A DNA stretch of 64,000 nt from Cyanobacteria bacterium LVE1205-1. GTDB lineage: Bacteria; Cyanobacteriota; Cyanobacteriia; CAIUCS01. Shown in pieces: positions 47,468 through 58,518 of the stretch; the stretch's first letter is position 1, and each line of letters opens with the position of its first letter. The notes below the pieces were generated by a model, which saw only the letters and a list, made by a program, of their open reading frames with translations, was not told the DNA's origin and did not search any database. The DNA lies in assembly GCA_041879355.1 (NCBI GenBank), contig CP089922.1, positions 462,172 through 526,171 of the forward strand, in the 5' to 3' direction. The translations under genes and the position numbers were made by a program.

Positions 47468-49135
47468 CCTTAAATCATAGGTTGAAAAGCGACGAACGAG
47501 GAATAATGGCATTGTGTCCTTACTGATGTATTGGGCATAGGATGATTGCAAAAAAGGGAGATAGGCAATTTGACGATGAATGTGAACTTGGAAAAAAGCA
47601 AGGCTTAGGGCACTTAAATACCGTTGAGCGACGAATGGCTCTGTACCCACGATTCCACTAGGCAAAGTAACCGTGGAACTGTTAGGGGAGTCCCCTAAAA
47701 AAGAGAAATGGGTGCCACGGGGAGCGATCGCCAGATAACGATTGGGTGTTGTCAGCCAGGTGAAGGGTTCTATTTGTTCCAACAGGGCTGGGGTTGTGGA
47801 ATCATTTCCCCCACCTATTATCATGACGGGTATATTGATGTTGCCCAAACCCTTTGATCCCAGTACACTCCGATTCACTGGATTAATGGCAATAACAGCT
47901 CTCACTCTGGGGTCACCATAGGAATTATCGTGAGGGGGTAAGGATAAAACAATACATTGGAGTAACAGGGAAACATTCCACGGATTCATAACTGATTGAC
48001 AATCCTTACGGAGTTGGGGAAAATTAAGAGTTCCCCCAGCCAAGGTGAGGGCGGTATAACCCCCAAAAGACTGACCAATAACTCCCACCTCCTTTAAGTT
48101 AACATTAGCCCTAGGGATGGGATTGGCTTTCAACCACTGTTCCATTTGATTGAGTAGAAATGTTATGTCTAAGGGGCGATCAATAAACTCCTTGGGTGAA
48201 CTTACCTCAGCGGTGCGTCCAGCCATGAATGCCTTAAATTGGGTACTACTACTGCCTGGATGTTCCGGTATGGCAACTACAAACCCATAGGAAGCCAAGT
48301 GCTCTGCTAAATAGGCAAAGGTTGACTGGCTAGAACCAAAACCATGGGAGATCACTACGACTGGGAGGGTTGTGGTTCCATTGATAAAGTTAGAAGGGAT
48401 ATTGGGTAAGTAAAGTCGGGCTGAATAATTGCGACTACGACTAGTATCGTTTAAAGCCAGATAGTTAACTTGCCAGGTAAACTTTCCCCGTAATTGGAGA
48501 TCCGGTAATTGGCTGTAGTTAATGGGCAAATCTTCTATCATTTCCTGACGGGCTTGACGGTCTAAACTATCAATGGCTAACCTGGATTGATTCAGTAGTC
48601 GGGTCAGTTCATCGGCGACGGCAAAAACCCGAGCCAAGTCAATGCGAATCCCTTGGGTTGGGAACTTGTGTAATACATTCAGTAATGTTAAACCCTCCCG
48701 GTCATTTGTCCCTAAAATCATGGAAGCCCGGATAGCATTAAACCCACTTTGTCCTGAAGGAAGTTGAATGATATTCCCTAGCCATTGGAGTAACGTTTCT
48801 CCTTGGGGGGAGTATAAAAATTGGGCTACTGCAACTCTACCCAAATCAATCCGAGTGGTTAATATCCGTTGGAATTGTTCTCGCTGCCAGGGTTGCAATA
48901 GCCTCGCATAGTCACTTAAATCCCCTTGAATAATGCCTTCTCGAGCAAAAATTTCAATATCGGCTACTTTCACTGAACCTTGGAGTGCCCCATAGGTCAA
49001 AACGATTTGTTCGGCACAGTTGGCGGGCATGGTGATTAGAACAGTGGGTAAGAACCCTAACAATACATACCTCAACCAGGGCATGGTTCGCCCCTTGGGC
49101 TGTCGCTGCCGGAGTCTTGAAAGAGATTGAACCAT
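47441..49135 (-). CDS. Alpha/beta hydrolase with N-terminal DUF1400-like domain and signal peptide
   Basis: VVVISHGFGSS and nucleophile motif GQSFGGYT; N-terminal hydrophobic signal. Confidence 0.65.
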   Translation of the reverse strand: MVQSLSRLRQRQPKGRTMPWLRYVLLGFLPTVLITMPANCAEQIVLTYGALQGSVKVADIEIFAREGIIQGDLSDYARLLQPWQREQFQRILTTRIDLGRVAVAQFLYSPQGETLLQWLGNIIQLPSGQSGFNAIRASMILGTNDREGLTLLNVLHKFPTQGIRIDLARVFAVADELTRLLNQSRLAIDSLDRQARQEMIEDLPINYSQLPDLQLRGKFTWQVNYLALNDTSRSRNYSARLYLPNIPSNFINGTTTLPVVVISHGFGSSQSTFAYLAEHLASYGFVVAIPEHPGSSSTQFKAFMAGRTAEVSSPKEFIDRPLDITFLLNQMEQWLKANPIPRANVNLKEVGVIGQSFGGYTALTLAGGTLNFPQLRKDCQSVMNPWNVSLLLQCIVLSLPPHDNSYGDPRVRAVIAINPVNRSVLGSKGLGNINIPVMIIGGGNDSTTPALLEQIEPFTWLTTPNRYLAIAPRGTHFSFLGDSPNSSTVTLPSGIVGTEPFVAQRYLSALSLAFFQVHIHRQIAYLPFLQSSYAQYISKDTMPLFLVRRFSTYDLRSAILGINP

Positions 49136-49212
49136 AGGATTAAGAAGAGATTAAGGTAAGGATTACATTTTCTAAATCAAGGTATAAACTACAGCAATCG
49201 TCTTCTTTCCAT

Positions 49213-50723
49213 CTAGAACCGCTTCACCATGGATAATGCAGCTCGTGCTTGCTCTCGGTCATCAAAGTGAATTTTTTCAATCCCCAAGATTTGATAGTCT
49301 TCGTGACCTTTACCCGCAATGAGAACTCCGTCCCCTGGCTTGGCATTCACTATGGCGGTGTGAATGGCGGCAGCCCGATCGGGAATCACTTGCACAGATT
49401 GAGGAGTGAGGGGGGAATTCCAGTCATAATATCTGTCAGGATGGAATTGGGGTCTTCTGTTCGGGGATTATCTGAAGTGATGATGACTTGATCGGCTAGT
49501 TGGGCTGCAATAGTACCCATTAGAGGACGTTTGGTTCGATCCCGATCGCCTCCACAACCAAATACACAAATCATCTGACCTGGAATAAACGGACGGGCTG
49601 CCCGTAGTAGGTTTTCAAGGCTGTCAGGGGTGTGGGCATAATCCACAATTACACTGATGTCTTGGGATGGAGAGGTCACGATCTGTTCCATTCGTCCAGG
49701 TACTCCAGGGAAGGATGATAAATGGGTGATCATTGTCCCTAAATCAAGCCCTAAATGAATCCCGGTGGCGATCGCAGCTAATACGTTGGATAAATTGTAC
49801 TCTCCCACTAAGGGAGAGAAGAAATCAACTTCAGTGGAGGGTGTGGTTAATCGTCCTTTTACCCCATTGGTTCCATACACTAATTGATGGGTATATACAT
49901 CTGCTTGGGGGTTGTGGACGCTGTAGGTCAACAAAGAGTTTGTCGCTTTTGTTAACACCAACTGGTGAACCAATTGGACTCCGTAATTATCATCAATGTT
50001 GATGACGGCTGAACCCTTTAAGTAATCAGGACTAAACAACAAAGACTTGGCTGCATAGTAATTTTCCATAGTCCCATGATAGTCTAAATGATCTTGGGTT
50101 AAATTAGTGAACACACTTACAGCAAACTCACATCCCAATACCCGACTTTGGGCTAAGGCATGGGAACTTACTTCCATAATACAAAATTCACAGCCTGCTG
50201 CAACTGCACTGGCCAGGTGTGCTTGTAGTTGTATGGCAAAGGGAGTGGTGTGAATGGAGGTATGTTCATAGCCCTGCCATCGTGCATAAAGGGTGCCCAA
50301 AAGCCCGGTTGGTTTATGAACGCACTGAAGCAAATGTTCGATTAAATGGGTGGTAGTGGTTTTACCATTGGTTCCAGTCACCCCCACTAGCTTTAGTTGT
50401 CTTGCCGGATATTCATAAAAGGCTGCCGCAATGTGGGCACAGGTTGGTACCATCTCTTTACATGGAATCAGGCAGGCATGGTTGGGATTGGGGAGTGTGG
50501 CGGCATCCATGGTGACGATGGCAGCAATTGCCCCCAATTGAATCGCCTCCGACCAGAATTGACCACCATCTACCTTTGTTCCCGGCATTCCTAAGAATAG
50601 GTACCCTGGTTGGCAAGTATGGGAGTTGGTACTAAGTCCCGTTACATTTTGTTCTAGGGCATGATGATCAGGAATTGACGTTGCAAGGGAGGGAACTAGT
50701 GCCAGTAAATGTCTTAGTTTCAT
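49213..50723 (-). CDS. murE: UDP-N-acetylmuramoyl-L-alanyl-D-glutamate--2,6-diaminopimelate ligase MurE; frameshift at G6 run near 49410
   Basis: P-loop [15 protein letters not shown]; C-terminus AGKGHEDYQ in 60-aa ORF 49213..49395. Confidence 0.85.
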
Positions 50724-51011
50724 AGTCTTTCTCCAAAAAAACCTTCCGTTTGCGGTCAGGGAGGGATAGGAGCAATAATTAAGGGGAATGTACAGATGTA
50801 CAATAGTTTAGTACTTCCCAAAATATAACTTAAACCTTTAGGGATTGTCTAACGTTATAAAATTGACTGGAACCCCATCCCTTTTTTAGGTGTTATCCAT
50901 TGTAATTATGGATCTTCCCTGAAACAATAAGTGGACATCTCCCGCTTTTTTTAGACGGATGGTCACTAACTCCCTTTTGTTATAATTCAGTGATTTAATA
51001 AAGAACTTTAT

Positions 51012-51786
51012 ATGCTTGACTTGACTGGAAAAAATGCTTTGGTAACGGGAATTGCAAATAACCACTCCATTGCCTGGGGAATCGCTCAACAACTCCATAA
51101 AGCGGGGGCAAATTTGGGGGTCACCTATTTACCCGATGAACGGGGACGCTTTCGTCAAAAAGTGGCTGACTTGACTGCCCCCCTCAATCCATCTGTATTT
51201 ATGCCCTGTAATGTTCAGGATGATAGACAGGTTGCGGAGTTGTTTGGGGCGATCGGGAATCAATGGGGAAAATTGGATATTGTCATTCACTGTCTGGCTT
51301 TTGCCGATAAGGAAGGATTATCCGGGGACTTCAGCAGTGTATCACGGGAAAGTTTTATGAAATCCTTGGATATTAGTGCCTTTTCGTTGGTGCAGTTTGC
51401 ACAGGGTGCGAAACCTTTAATGCATGGTGGGGGTAGTATGGTCACCCTTAGTTATTTAGGAGGGGTGCGGGTCATTCCCAATTACAATACCATGGGCATT
51501 GCGAAAGCTGCTTTGGAAATGAATGTTAGGTATCTGGCTGCTGAATTGGGACCCCATAATATCCGTGTCAATGCCGTTTCTGCCGGTCCCATACGAACTC
51601 TGGCTTCTTCAGCGGTGGGGGGATTCTTGACATGATCCATCATGTTCAAACAACGGCTCCTCTCCGTCGTACCGTAACTCAACAGGAAGTGGGTAATGCG
51701 GCTGCATTTTTATGCAGTGATTTATCCAGTGGGATTACTGGTCAGGTATTATATGTGGATTCCGGTTATGGAATTATGGGGATGTA
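51012..51786 (+). CDS. fabI: Enoyl-[acyl-carrier-protein] reductase (NADH) FabI; frameshift at G6 run near 51622
   Basis: [20 protein letters not shown], catalytic Y..K region; C-terminus (...[14 protein letters not shown]) in next frame. Confidence 0.85.
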
Positions 51787-52250
51787 ATAGATCTAGAGGT
51801 AAAACCGCTTTGATTGTAGCTTGAGTGCAAACGCCTTAACTCCCTCGTCCCGGGAGTGGGGAAGGAAGAACCCAGGTTCTGTCCAAGACGACATTGGACT
51901 AGGTAGGACACTCCTTCCCTCCATAGGGATGGATTTTCACGTCCAAACGCTTCCGCATAGCGTTGATATTCAACTAGTACCGCTTGCCAATACTTAGCGA
52001 CCCTATTGGATAATCATGTCCCCATGACCAAAATAAAAATCGCTTTCTTTGTTCCAGCTTGGGGTGCCAACGTCCAATTACTGGTGGTTTAATCAACCCA
52101 TCCCACCAATATGTTTTCTTCGCCCATGCTTGTAATTCTAGTAACACCATCATAACCCCATAGTTTAGTGTAGGATTATCTTGATTGAGGGGGAGAACTG
52201 CCTTTTAATGCCCCAGTCCTATAAAATATGAGTAGAAAACCATTTTTGAA

Positions 52251-53609
52251 ATGAGTACTATTCCCTGGGAACTTACATTTAGTCAAATTCAGAAAATGTT
52301 ACTGGCGGAGGTAGAGAATCGAATTCCTAGTCAGGAACCGGAACACTTTACATTGGAATTGACAGCTGAAAATAGTCAATTTATACGCTTCAATCATGGA
52401 CGAGTCCGGCAGAGTGGTTCGGTTGTCAATGCTGAACTTACCTTGACCGTGGTGGATGATCATCGAACAGTTTATGGGAGTTTTCCTTTTACTGGCGACT
52501 TGGAAAGGGATGGGGATTTGATGATGGCAGTTCTCAAGGATTTACGGCAGGATTTACCCCAATTACCCGTAGACCCTCATTTGGTCATACCTGAAGGAAC
52601 TGAGATAAGTCGATCAATCTTTACGGGACACCTACTATCCCCTGACGATATTTTGAATGGGATTTTACCCATCGTTGAAACTACAGACCTAGTTGGTTTA
52701 TATGCCGGGGGTTCATTAATTCGTGCTTATACAGATTCTGCTGGAAAGTTCCATTGGTTTTCCACGGAATCTTTTACCTTTGATTATTCCTTATTTGCCG
52801 TTACAGGACAGGCGGTCAAAGGGACGTTTGCTGGTAGTCACTGGATCCAATCTGATTATGAATCTCATTTGATGGCTGCCAGGCAACAACTTCAACAGAT
52901 TAACCAACCCCCAATGAGGATTCCTAAGGGTCAGCACCGCACCTACTTTGCTCCGGCAGCGGTGGCAGAAATATTAGGATTATTTTCATGGGGAGGAGTT
53001 AGTCACGCTTCAATTCAACAGGGTGGTAGTGCTTTAGCCTCTCTTTATCGTGGAGAATCCCACTGGTCTGAACAATTTAACCTAAAGGAAAATTTTACTC
53101 CAGGGTTAGTCCCTAGGTTTAATGAATTGGGTGAAACAGCGCCAATGGAGCTAACATTGATCTCTGCCGGACGGATGGTTAATAGTTTAATTTGCTCTCG
53201 TTCTGCCAGAGAGTATGGGGTAGAATCCAATGGTGCTGCATTGGGGGAGTATCTACGTTCTCCTGAAGTCGGGACTGGGAAGATGGCTGCCACTGATATT
53301 CTTAAAACTTTAGGAACAGGGTTATATGTGTCCAACCTTCATTACCTTAATTGGAGCGATCGCCCAACAGCCCGGTTTACAGGCATGACACGTTATGCCT
53401 GTTTTTGGGTGGAAGGAGGCGAAATTGTGGCACCAATCCATAATCTACGATTTGATGAAAGTCTTTATCGTTGCTTTAGTCCAGAACAACTCATTAGTGT
53501 GACTGAGTTTCAAGAGTTTATCCCTGAAGTGAGTACCTATGGTCATCGACAATTAGGGGGAGTTTGGGTGCCTGGAATGGTAATTGATAACTTTACATAT
53601 ACTTTATAA
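52251..53609 (+). CDS. TldD/PmbA-family metalloprotease
   Basis: 452 aa; C-terminal GTGLYVSNLHYLNW...RFTGMTRYACFWVEGGEI characteristic of TldD/PmbA. Confidence 0.75.
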   Translation: MSTIPWELTFSQIQKMLLAEVENRIPSQEPEHFTLELTAENSQFIRFNHGRVRQSGSVVNAELTLTVVDDHRTVYGSFPFTGDLERDGDLMMAVLKDLRQDLPQLPVDPHLVIPEGTEISRSIFTGHLLSPDDILNGILPIVETTDLVGLYAGGSLIRAYTDSAGKFHWFSTESFTFDYSLFAVTGQAVKGTFAGSHWIQSDYESHLMAARQQLQQINQPPMRIPKGQHRTYFAPAAVAEILGLFSWGGVSHASIQQGGSALASLYRGESHWSEQFNLKENFTPGLVPRFNELGETAPMELTLISAGRMVNSLICSRSAREYGVESNGAALGEYLRSPEVGTGKMAATDILKTLGTGLYVSNLHYLNWSDRPTARFTGMTRYACFWVEGGEIVAPIHNLRFDESLYRCFSPEQLISVTEFQEFIPEVSTYGHRQLGGVWVPGMVIDNFTYTL

Positions 53610-53737
53610 ATTTTGGTGATGGCAATGAGAGACTACATTCGCTTAGGTGATTAATGATTTTTACCATGGACGGATTTTCTTTTGTGAAACGTGTCTACTG
53701 TTGATTTCAGTCCTTGATCCCAAGGGATTAGGGAATG

Positions 53738-53768
53738 AGGGTGAGGGCTGCAAAATTGGGATGCACCC
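53738..53768. repeat. Dispersed short repeat family A, 3' arm copy
   Basis: GGGTGAGGGCTGCAAAATTGGGATGCACCC, one mismatch to 2799..2828. Confidence 0.7.
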
Positions 53769-53838
53769 ATTTTAACCCTCTTCATGTCCAATTTGATTGC
53801 AATAATAATTCCTAGGAACCATTTACTTCCAATCAACC

Positions 53839-55008
53839 ATGCCATTGAAACCGTCCCAATTGTTATCGTGTTTACAGGACAAACAGGCTGAATTTCGTCA
53901 TTTTGACCATAGAGCGTTAGCGTTACTCCACCAATATCGCAGTGCTCTCGCAGAAGCCGCCAACCACCCCTTTTTAGAATTACCTACTCAGTTTTCATCC
54001 TATGATGGGGGTAATTTAGAGGCTTTTCCACTGGAACCCAATCATTTATTCCCTCATTGGGTTATTCCCTGTCAACTAACTTGGGGAAATCGGGAGCAAA
54101 GTTTACAATGGGTCCGGGGACTTTTAACGGGAATTAAAACATTTGCGGTGGATGGCTCCCAAATTTCACCAGGTAAGGACCTATCAATTCCAGTTGCCTT
54201 AGTTCAGGTAGGTTGGTTTGAAAATCTGCATCTGCCATCAGGGGGTTATACTAAGGACATTCAGTTGGATGTATTGACACCAAGTGACCTGAAAGTATCC
54301 CATGATCAACTGGTGGAGGGGGTCGTAAGTGCCCATCGGTTCCAGTTAGAAACTCAGCGGTTGGTGGATTATATGAATGAACATCACAATGACCCCAATT
54401 GTTTGGTGTTCTTTGATGGTTCTTTGGTGCCCTCCTTTGCTGAAAAATGGGACGTTGAACTCAGCGATCGCTATGTTTCTTCCCTAAAAAAACTCATTGC
54501 CACCAGTGAACGTACCCAAGTACCATTGGTCGCCTACGTGGATACCTCCCATGCCCGCGACTTGACAGTCATGTTAGAACAAGTCATGAATTTACCAGAA
54601 GCACCATTAATTCAAGATGCCCAGTTATTGGATCCACTGATGAAGTGGGGCGATCGCACCCTTTTATTCCAATGTCGGCGGTCAGGGATTCTCAGCCATT
54701 TCCATGAACAACAGGGTGACATCACCTTCACCTACTTAAAAAGCACCCGTGAGGGTTATCCCGCCCGTTTAGAATTTCCCCGTTGGATAATTGAATCCGG
54801 GCGATTAAATCAAGTGATGGATTGGATTCGGGGTGAATTGATCATCGGGAATGGCTATCCTTATGTGATTGAAACAGCGGATCAAGCTGCCGTTCTTAAA
54901 GCAGAGGATCGGCAAACCTTTTATCGAATCCTTCAGGATTGGGCAGAGGAACAAGAATTAAAATTGCGGTTTTCCCGTAAGATGGTTAGTAAGACGAGGC
55001 GGAGGTGA
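53839..55008 (+). CDS. NurA-domain 5'-3' nuclease-like protein (no HerA partner adjacent)
   Basis: NurA-like motifs FAVDGSQ, LVFFDGSL, GNGYPYVIETADQAA. Confidence 0.6.
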   Translation: MPLKPSQLLSCLQDKQAEFRHFDHRALALLHQYRSALAEAANHPFLELPTQFSSYDGGNLEAFPLEPNHLFPHWVIPCQLTWGNREQSLQWVRGLLTGIKTFAVDGSQISPGKDLSIPVALVQVGWFENLHLPSGGYTKDIQLDVLTPSDLKVSHDQLVEGVVSAHRFQLETQRLVDYMNEHHNDPNCLVFFDGSLVPSFAEKWDVELSDRYVSSLKKLIATSERTQVPLVAYVDTSHARDLTVMLEQVMNLPEAPLIQDAQLLDPLMKWGDRTLLFQCRRSGILSHFHEQQGDITFTYLKSTREGYPARLEFPRWIIESGRLNQVMDWIRGELIIGNGYPYVIETADQAAVLKAEDRQTFYRILQDWAEEQELKLRFSRKMVSKTRRR

Positions 55009-55095
55009 CAGTTCCAATAGACAGTAATCCCTTAATTTCGTTTTTGATCCATAGTTTTTATAAAAAGCCCCACGTTCTTAAATTCCTAAACCCCA

Positions 55096-55518
55096 ATGGA
55101 CATTGCCACCCCAGATGATTTATTTACCGTAGCGATCGAACGCTATAAGGCAGGAGAACCAATTGCAGAATTAATTCCGTTATTTAAGGAGATTTGTCAA
55201 CGTTTTCCTAAAACCAGTGCCCCCTGGACCTGTTTAGCCTGGCTTTATTTACTCAGTGATCAGGGTAACTTAGCATTAGAATCAGCCAAAAAGGCCTTAA
55301 AATTTAATGCCCAAGACCCCCAAGCCAGGGTGAACTTAGCATTAGCTTTATTAGAAACTCAACAAAAAGGAGTTCGGAGTCATGTAGAAATATTGCAACA
55401 TTTGATCGCCACATCCTCTGAAGTCCGGGACGAAATTGAGACCAGTATTGATGATGGGCTGACCCGTAAGCCGGAGTGGAAAGCATTGTTAAAAATGAAA
55501 CAATGGCTGTTCAGTTAA
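55096..55518 (+). CDS. Small TPR-like helical protein
   Basis: 140 aa, helical repeats with TPR-like W/LG/Y/A/P spacing. Confidence 0.5.
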   Translation: MDIATPDDLFTVAIERYKAGEPIAELIPLFKEICQRFPKTSAPWTCLAWLYLLSDQGNLALESAKKALKFNAQDPQARVNLALALLETQQKGVRSHVEILQHLIATSSEVRDEIETSIDDGLTRKPEWKALLKMKQWLFS

Positions 55519-55542
55519 AGAGTCGATTGCTGTAAAATTCCC

Positions 55543-56499
55543 ATGCCAAATCCTCCTAACTTACCCCCGTCTGAAGTGACCCCTGAAGACGTTTTCCTGA
55601 ACCGTCGAAAATTCATGAAGACAGCCATATGGGTCGGTTCTACCATTACCACAAGTAGTGTTTATCAAACCCTCAAGCCTGCCCCTAAAGTGGAAAATAC
55701 AGGGAAAGACATTGTGGTTTCCGCTTCACCATCCAAATCTGCCTCCACTGACGAGTTAAGTCGTTTTCAAGACATTGCTGGCTATAACAATTTTTACGAA
55801 TTTTCAACTCAAAAATCTGCAGTTGCTGCCCGCGCCCAATCCTTCGTTACGAAGCCATGGACAGTACAAGTAGGGGGGTTGGTACAAAACCCCATTGCCC
55901 TGAGTTTGGATGATATTATGGGGATGGAGGCAATAGAGCGCATCTATCGATTCCGGTGTGTGGAGGGCTGGTCCATGGTCATTCCCTGGGTTGGTTTTCC
56001 CTTATCCAAATTACTGGAACAGGTAAAACCGAAGGATGGAGCCACCCATGTTGCTTTTGAAAGTTTTTTCGATCGCCAGCAAATGCCCTATGCTCTCTTT
56101 TCTGGTATTCCCTTCCCTTATCTGGAAGGGTTACGACTAGATGAGGCAATGCACCCCCTCACCTTATTAGCTACGGGTCTCTATGGGAAAACTTTGCCAA
56201 ACCAAAATGGTGCCCCGGTGCGGTTGGTTGTTCCTTGGAAGTATGGATTTAAGAGTATTAAGTCTATCGTAAAGATTACCGTCACCGACCATGAACCAGT
56301 AACCACTTGGAATCGGGCAAATCCTAGGGAATATGGGTTTTATTCTAACGTTAACCCCACCGTAGACCATCCCCGTTGGTCCCAAGCCCAGGAACGTCGG
56401 ATTGGTGAAACTAGGCTTCGTCCCACCTTGATGTTTAACGGTTATGGTGAAGAAGTTGCCCATCTTTATGATGGTATGGATCTTCGTCGTTATTTTTGA
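55543..56499 (+). CDS. msrP: Protein-methionine-sulfoxide reductase catalytic subunit MsrP (YedY-type molybdoenzyme)
   Basis: Tat-like N-terminus ([12 protein letters not shown]), sulfite-oxidase-family core with RFRCVEGWS. Confidence 0.85.
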   Translation: MPNPPNLPPSEVTPEDVFLNRRKFMKTAIWVGSTITTSSVYQTLKPAPKVENTGKDIVVSASPSKSASTDELSRFQDIAGYNNFYEFSTQKSAVAARAQSFVTKPWTVQVGGLVQNPIALSLDDIMGMEAIERIYRFRCVEGWSMVIPWVGFPLSKLLEQVKPKDGATHVAFESFFDRQQMPYALFSGIPFPYLEGLRLDEAMHPLTLLATGLYGKTLPNQNGAPVRLVVPWKYGFKSIKSIVKITVTDHEPVTTWNRANPREYGFYSNVNPTVDHPRWSQAQERRIGETRLRPTLMFNGYGEEVAHLYDGMDLRRYF

Positions 56500-56502
56500 C
56501 CT

Positions 56503-57089
56503 ATGAATTCTTTAAGAGCTGATAGTCAATTTCATCGTCATTTAATTCTGGTCAATGGATTAATCCCAATCCTTTGGATTGGGATGGATGGATGGCAGGG
56601 GCAGTTGGGGGCAAATCCGGTGGAGTTTGTCACCCGAGCTACTGGTATATTATCCTTACTTTTTTATTACTTACTCTGGCGGTAACCCCACTCCGACATT
56701 TATTCCACTGGATTTGGCTAATTAAACAACGTCGATTGCTGGGGCTCTTTTCTTTCTTTTATGCCATCCTTCATTTGTTAGCCTATGTGGGGGGCGATCG
56801 CGGCTGGCAACTACTCTCCATTCCCGCTGACATCATCCGTCGCCCATTTATTACTGTTGGGATGATCAGTTTGTTATTAATGGTGCCTTTGGCAATCACC
56901 TCTACCCATGCCATGATTAAGCGATTGGGGGTAAAACAATGGAAAATACTTCATCGTCTGGTTTATATTATTGCCATTGGCGGGGTTATCCACTATGCCT
57001 TAATTGTAAAGTCAGATTTTACCTATCCCTTTTTATTTGCCATTGTTCTCACTTTTTTCCTTGGTTATCGCCTTCGGTTAACTTCCTAA
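56503..57089 (+). CDS. msrQ: Methionine-sulfoxide reductase heme-binding subunit MsrQ (YedZ); frameshift at T-run near 56665
   Basis: Two ORFs (56503..56685, 56574..57089) in different frames; conserved His in transmembrane helices (HLLAY, HYAL); 3 bp after msrP. Confidence 0.8.
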
Positions 57090-57192
57090 AAGTACTTTGG
57101 GGATTCGTCATCTAATCCGTGACAGGTTGGTGTCTACCACCCGATGGTGGAGTTTCATGAATACTCCCCAGGGTCATCTTCTCCCTGTATCT

Positions 57193-58131
57193 TCAAAAGG
57201 GGGGGTCTTCATCAGGCAACAGAAACTCACAAATTGCCTGACTAATTAATTCTGGTTGATCACCAATGGCATCATGACCACAATTGGGAAGAAGGTTTAA
57301 ACGGGAATTAGGGAGACGGCGTTGTAATTCGTAGCCATCTTCAACGGGAAACCACCGGTCCTGGTCACCCCATAGAATCAGAACGGGGCAGGTAATTTCA
57401 GGTAACCGTAACTGTATATCAGTGATGAGATTTGGTAAACCCTGGACTAATTGATCCAGTTCACGGGCTGCCAACTGTAAATCTTCAACCAATTTCGTGA
57501 AAGTACCTGGAATGTAAATTTGGGGATAGGTGATCCCATAGACCTCTGAAGCAGTAATTTGGGATGGATCAAATACAACTTGGGCACGGGCTTTTTCAAC
57601 GATGAACAAAATTGGTTGGGCTAAACGTTTAGCCCAGCCCCATTGATCAACCCACCGTACTACTTGGATGGGAAGATGAGCCATGAGTTGCATTCCCAAG
57701 CTAGGTAATCGACGGGGAAAGATGGGAGCATTAATAATAATTAGTTTGCGAACTAAATGGGGATGGGTTTGAACGGCTGCTAAGGTCGTCAACGCTCCCA
57801 AGGATTCGGCGGCAATAAAAGCGGGTTCATGGCATAGCCCTTGAATAATGCGTATTAATTCAATTACCTGATGACCGGGTAATTCTGGCAGTAAGGGCTT
57901 GTCCGAATATCCGCACCCTTTAGCATCCACACAAATCACTCGAAAATGGTTCGCCAAGTGGTGGATAGTGTGCCGCCAACTATAGCTCCAACTGGCAATT
58001 CCATGGATGAGGAATAATGGAGGTCCCTCTCCTTTTTCGCCATAGGCAATATGAATACCTTCACCAGTTGCATCTTCAATGGATAATAATTGCCGTCCCT
58101 GGGGAAATGTAGACTGCCACCATTCTTCCAT
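57193..58131 (-). CDS. Alpha/beta hydrolase
   Basis: HGIASWSYSW, nucleophile elbow AESLGAL, C-terminal GHDAIGDQPE. Confidence 0.75.
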   Translation of the reverse strand: MEEWWQSTFPQGRQLLSIEDATGEGIHIAYGEKGEGPPLFLIHGIASWSYSWRHTIHHLANHFRVICVDAKGCGYSDKPLLPELPGHQVIELIRIIQGLCHEPAFIAAESLGALTTLAAVQTHPHLVRKLIIINAPIFPRRLPSLGMQLMAHLPIQVVRWVDQWGWAKRLAQPILFIVEKARAQVVFDPSQITASEVYGITYPQIYIPGTFTKLVEDLQLAARELDQLVQGLPNLITDIQLRLPEITCPVLILWGDQDRWFPVEDGYELQRRLPNSRLNLLPNCGHDAIGDQPELISQAICEFLLPDEDPPF

Positions 58132-58143
58132 TGTGGGTTCCTC

Positions 58144-58518
58144 TTAACGGGTAATTTCTACAACAATATTGCCACTAAAATTAGGGATCGGTGGTGATAC
58201 CTTGGTTAGACATACTTTTACCTGCTGAACCAACGGGAATTGTAATAGGTTGGATGCAATGACAGATGCTAATTTCTCTACCAAAGCATATTTAGACTGG
58301 TGAACTAAATCAGTCACTTGGGCAATGACAGTACGGTAGTCTAGGGTGTCAGTCAAGTTGTCAGTATTGCCAGCGATGTGGAGGTCTAACCCCAAGGACA
58401 AATTGATTTCAAACCATTGCCCTAAAGTTTGTTCTTCGGGCAATGCACCCGTGTACCCATAACAACGAATGGCATTGATATGAATCCAATCCATAGATAT
58501 ATCAACAAATGTATCCAC
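58144..58518 (-). CDS. folB: Dihydroneopterin aldolase FolB
   Basis: 124 aa; YGYTGALPEE...NLTDTLDYRTV pattern. Confidence 0.8.
   Translation of the reverse strand: MDTFVDISMDWIHINAIRCYGYTGALPEEQTLGQWFEINLSLGLDLHIAGNTDNLTDTLDYRTVIAQVTDLVHQSKYALVEKLASVIASNLLQFPLVQQVKVCLTKVSPPIPNFSGNIVVEITR

Noticed and set aside
1781-51786. Calling the split genes pseudogenes
   Set aside because: Every junction checked coincides with a homopolymer run and a single-base change restores the conserved sequence, so assembly indels are the likelier explanation
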